This document shows, piece after piece, positions 62,428 to 64,000 of a DNA stretch of 64,000 nt. The stretch covers positions 992,001 through 1,056,000 of the forward strand of contig CM074813.1 in assembly GCA_037447605.1 (NCBI GenBank), given 5' to 3'. Under the pieces are notes generated by a model that saw nothing but the letters and a program-made list of their open reading frames with translations, ran no database searches and had not been told where the DNA came from. This DNA is from Zygnema circumcarinatum SAG 698-1b (lineage: Eukaryota > Plantae > Zygnematophyceae). Numbering within the stretch: the stretch's first letter is position 1; every line of letters begins with the position of its first letter. Position numbers and translations under genes: made by a program.

Positions 62428-64000
62428 CTACTGCATGGCCCCAAACTCCAAAGGACGCAGAACGCTCACAGCCTGCGACACGTGCGAATGCGCCACGTGT
62501 CCCCTCCCCATGGCGCCGCGACCTCCCAACTGTGGAGAAGGCGGCCAACCGCCTCTCCTTGCAGCCGATTTTAGGGTTCCGGGGGAGCCGAGCGTGGGTG
62601 ACACGTGTCCTCCTCCCAGCAGACTCCCTGAGAGAGCTCCTCCTCCTCCTGTTCCTCCTCCTTGCGGCGCTGCCACGTGTCCTCGGAGAGAGGAAGAAGA
62701 AGAGGACGAAAGGGTGCTGGTCATGGCGGGCATGGGCAGCTGCAGGCCCGGCATAGTGAGCAGGACCGCATCCTTTTCAGGAGGTTTAGGGTTTTGACGG
62801 AACTGAGGGAGAGGTCTTGCTCTCATTACTTCATCGAGGAGCGGTCCTGCTTCCTCCACAGCCTTCAGAAGCTTTCCTTGGGAAGGGAGGGATCTGAGAA
62901 GTACCGTTCTGTCAGCTTCAGGGGGTTCAGGAAGGTGGCGCTGCTGCAGATTTAGAGTTAAGGGGGGCAGGGGGATTTCAGGGCCGATTATGGAGTCCAT
63001 AAGGGTTGAACGGGTTGGCGACGAAAGTAGGGTTGGAGCAGGAGGTGAGATTAGGGTTGTGAGCCGCGGGAGATTGGTGAAGACTGGAAGAGGCGCCGCC
63101 GTAGCGAATGTTGTTGACGTTTTCGGCTCAGGGATGGGTAGGGGGGGCGGGAGAAATTCAGTTTTGAGGGTTTGCAGAGGCGAGGAAAGTTGTGAATGTG
63201 TGTCGGAGGAGGGAAGGTGCTGTTGTTCAGGAAGGGGATGATGCAGTTCCGCCTGCTGCTGATGATGTTGCCACTGCTGAGATGGATGATGTTGCGGATG
63301 TTTGTGATGGCGTTCATGCATGTTGTCTGAGTCCCTGGAATCTTCCGACCGCTCCTTCTTCAGGCTTGGCATCGCTCCCTGCGCCTCTATGTCCTCCTCG
63401 TGATCCAAATTCCGCTGCCGTTTCGGAACCGCCATCTGCAACTGCATCTGCACCTGCTGTTGCAGCTGATGCTTTGCTCCTGCTTGGAACTTGAGCTGCT
63501 GCTGCCTCTGATACTGCTTGGGCTGCTGCGGCTGTGGCAGAATATGCAGAGCCTGCATCTGCATCTTCATTTGCTGCTGCTTCAAATCCGCCTGCACGGC
63601 GTCCAGCTGCTGCAGGAGCTGCATGGAAGGGCTGCTTGAAGCTCCGGGAATCTGCGCTGCGAGCTCAGAAAGCTCCTTCAGCTGCTGCTGCACGTCGAGC
63701 TGTATCATGGTAGCAGGAAGCTCATGCCCCTCCAGCACTCCCTCCAAACCTCGATATCCTCCTCCTCCTCCTACTGCCACTCCAACTGACGTTGTTGCCG
63801 CTGCAGCAGAAGCCGCTACAGCCGCTACCGCCACAGCACCTCCCCCCCCTCTTCTCCCTTCCAACTGCTGCTTCAGCTCCTCTAGTTGTTGATGTTGCCG
63901 GAGCTCTTCTACCTGAATGCTCTCTAACTCCATGGCCAGCACCTGCTGGAGTTCCTCCTGCTGCTGCAGCTCCTTCTCCTGCTGCTTCATCTCCTCCTCC
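62428..64000 (-). CDS. DUF1635-like Q-rich coiled-coil protein, probably 5' partial
   Basis: 520-aa open frame. LPSQGKLLKAVEEAGPLLDEVMRARPLPQFRQNP resembles the plant DUF1635 motif LPEKGKLLQAVMEAGPLL..L.AGPLP.WR.PP. The frame stays open (EEE) to the window edge. Confidence 0.75.
   Translation of the reverse strand, partial: EEEMKQQEKELQQQEELQQVLAMELESIQVEELRQHQQLEELKQQLEGRRGGGGAVAVAAVAASAAAATTSVGVAVGGGGGYRGLEGVLEGHELPATMIQLDVQQQLKELSELAAQIPGASSSPSMQLLQQLDAVQADLKQQQMKMQMQALHILPQPQQPKQYQRQQQLKFQAGAKHQLQQQVQMQLQMAVPKRQRNLDHEEDIEAQGAMPSLKKERSEDSRDSDNMHERHHKHPQHHPSQQWQHHQQQAELHHPLPEQQHLPSSDTHSQLSSPLQTLKTEFLPPPLPIPEPKTSTTFATAAPLPVFTNLPRLTTLISPPAPTLLSSPTRSTLMDSIIGPEIPLPPLTLNLQQRHLPEPPEADRTVLLRSLPSQGKLLKAVEEAGPLLDEVMRARPLPQFRQNPKPPEKDAVLLTMPGLQLPMPAMTSTLSSSSSSSLRGHVAAPQGGGTGGGGALSGSLLGGGHVSPTLGSPGTLKSAARRGGWPPSPQLGGRGAMGRGHVAHSHVSQAVSVLRPLEFGAMQ

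Overview
Eukaryotic nuclear DNA from the green-plant lineage. A streptophyte alga is likely, inferred from plant-type genes, TTTAGGG telo-boxes and microsatellite-filled introns. I can reconstruct nine intron-containing or partial protein genes: a kelch-repeat protein (-), URM1 (-), a plant-type FkbM methyltransferase (+), an MRS2 Mg2+ transporter (+), DUS3 (+), a tetraspanin (+), a Reb1/TTF1-like Myb protein (-), DNA ligase 1 (-) and a DUF1635-like Q-rich protein (-, probably open at the window end). The accessory part is a nested transposon island at 11509-27894. A Mutator-like element (matching long TIRs, 8-bp TSD AAGGCCCG) holds a chromodomain Ty3/Gypsy element. That element's integrase is split by a three-LTR tandem of a non-autonomous Copia element encoding only Gag, protease and an unrecognised C-terminal extension. 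The Gypsy carries what looks like a decayed Dam-type methyltransferase domain before its protease and a tRNA-like Pol III A/B-box segment in its 3' LTR. Also present: two further TIR/TSD elements, a MITE pair, a CCAAT-motif array, two GC-AG introns and an abutting uORF in LIG1, and a 1.7-kb polypurine tract. Four 10-N gaps and an indel-rich stretch (about 17.9-27 kb) limit what can be concluded in the TE island. All calls come from reading the sequence; no database searches were run.
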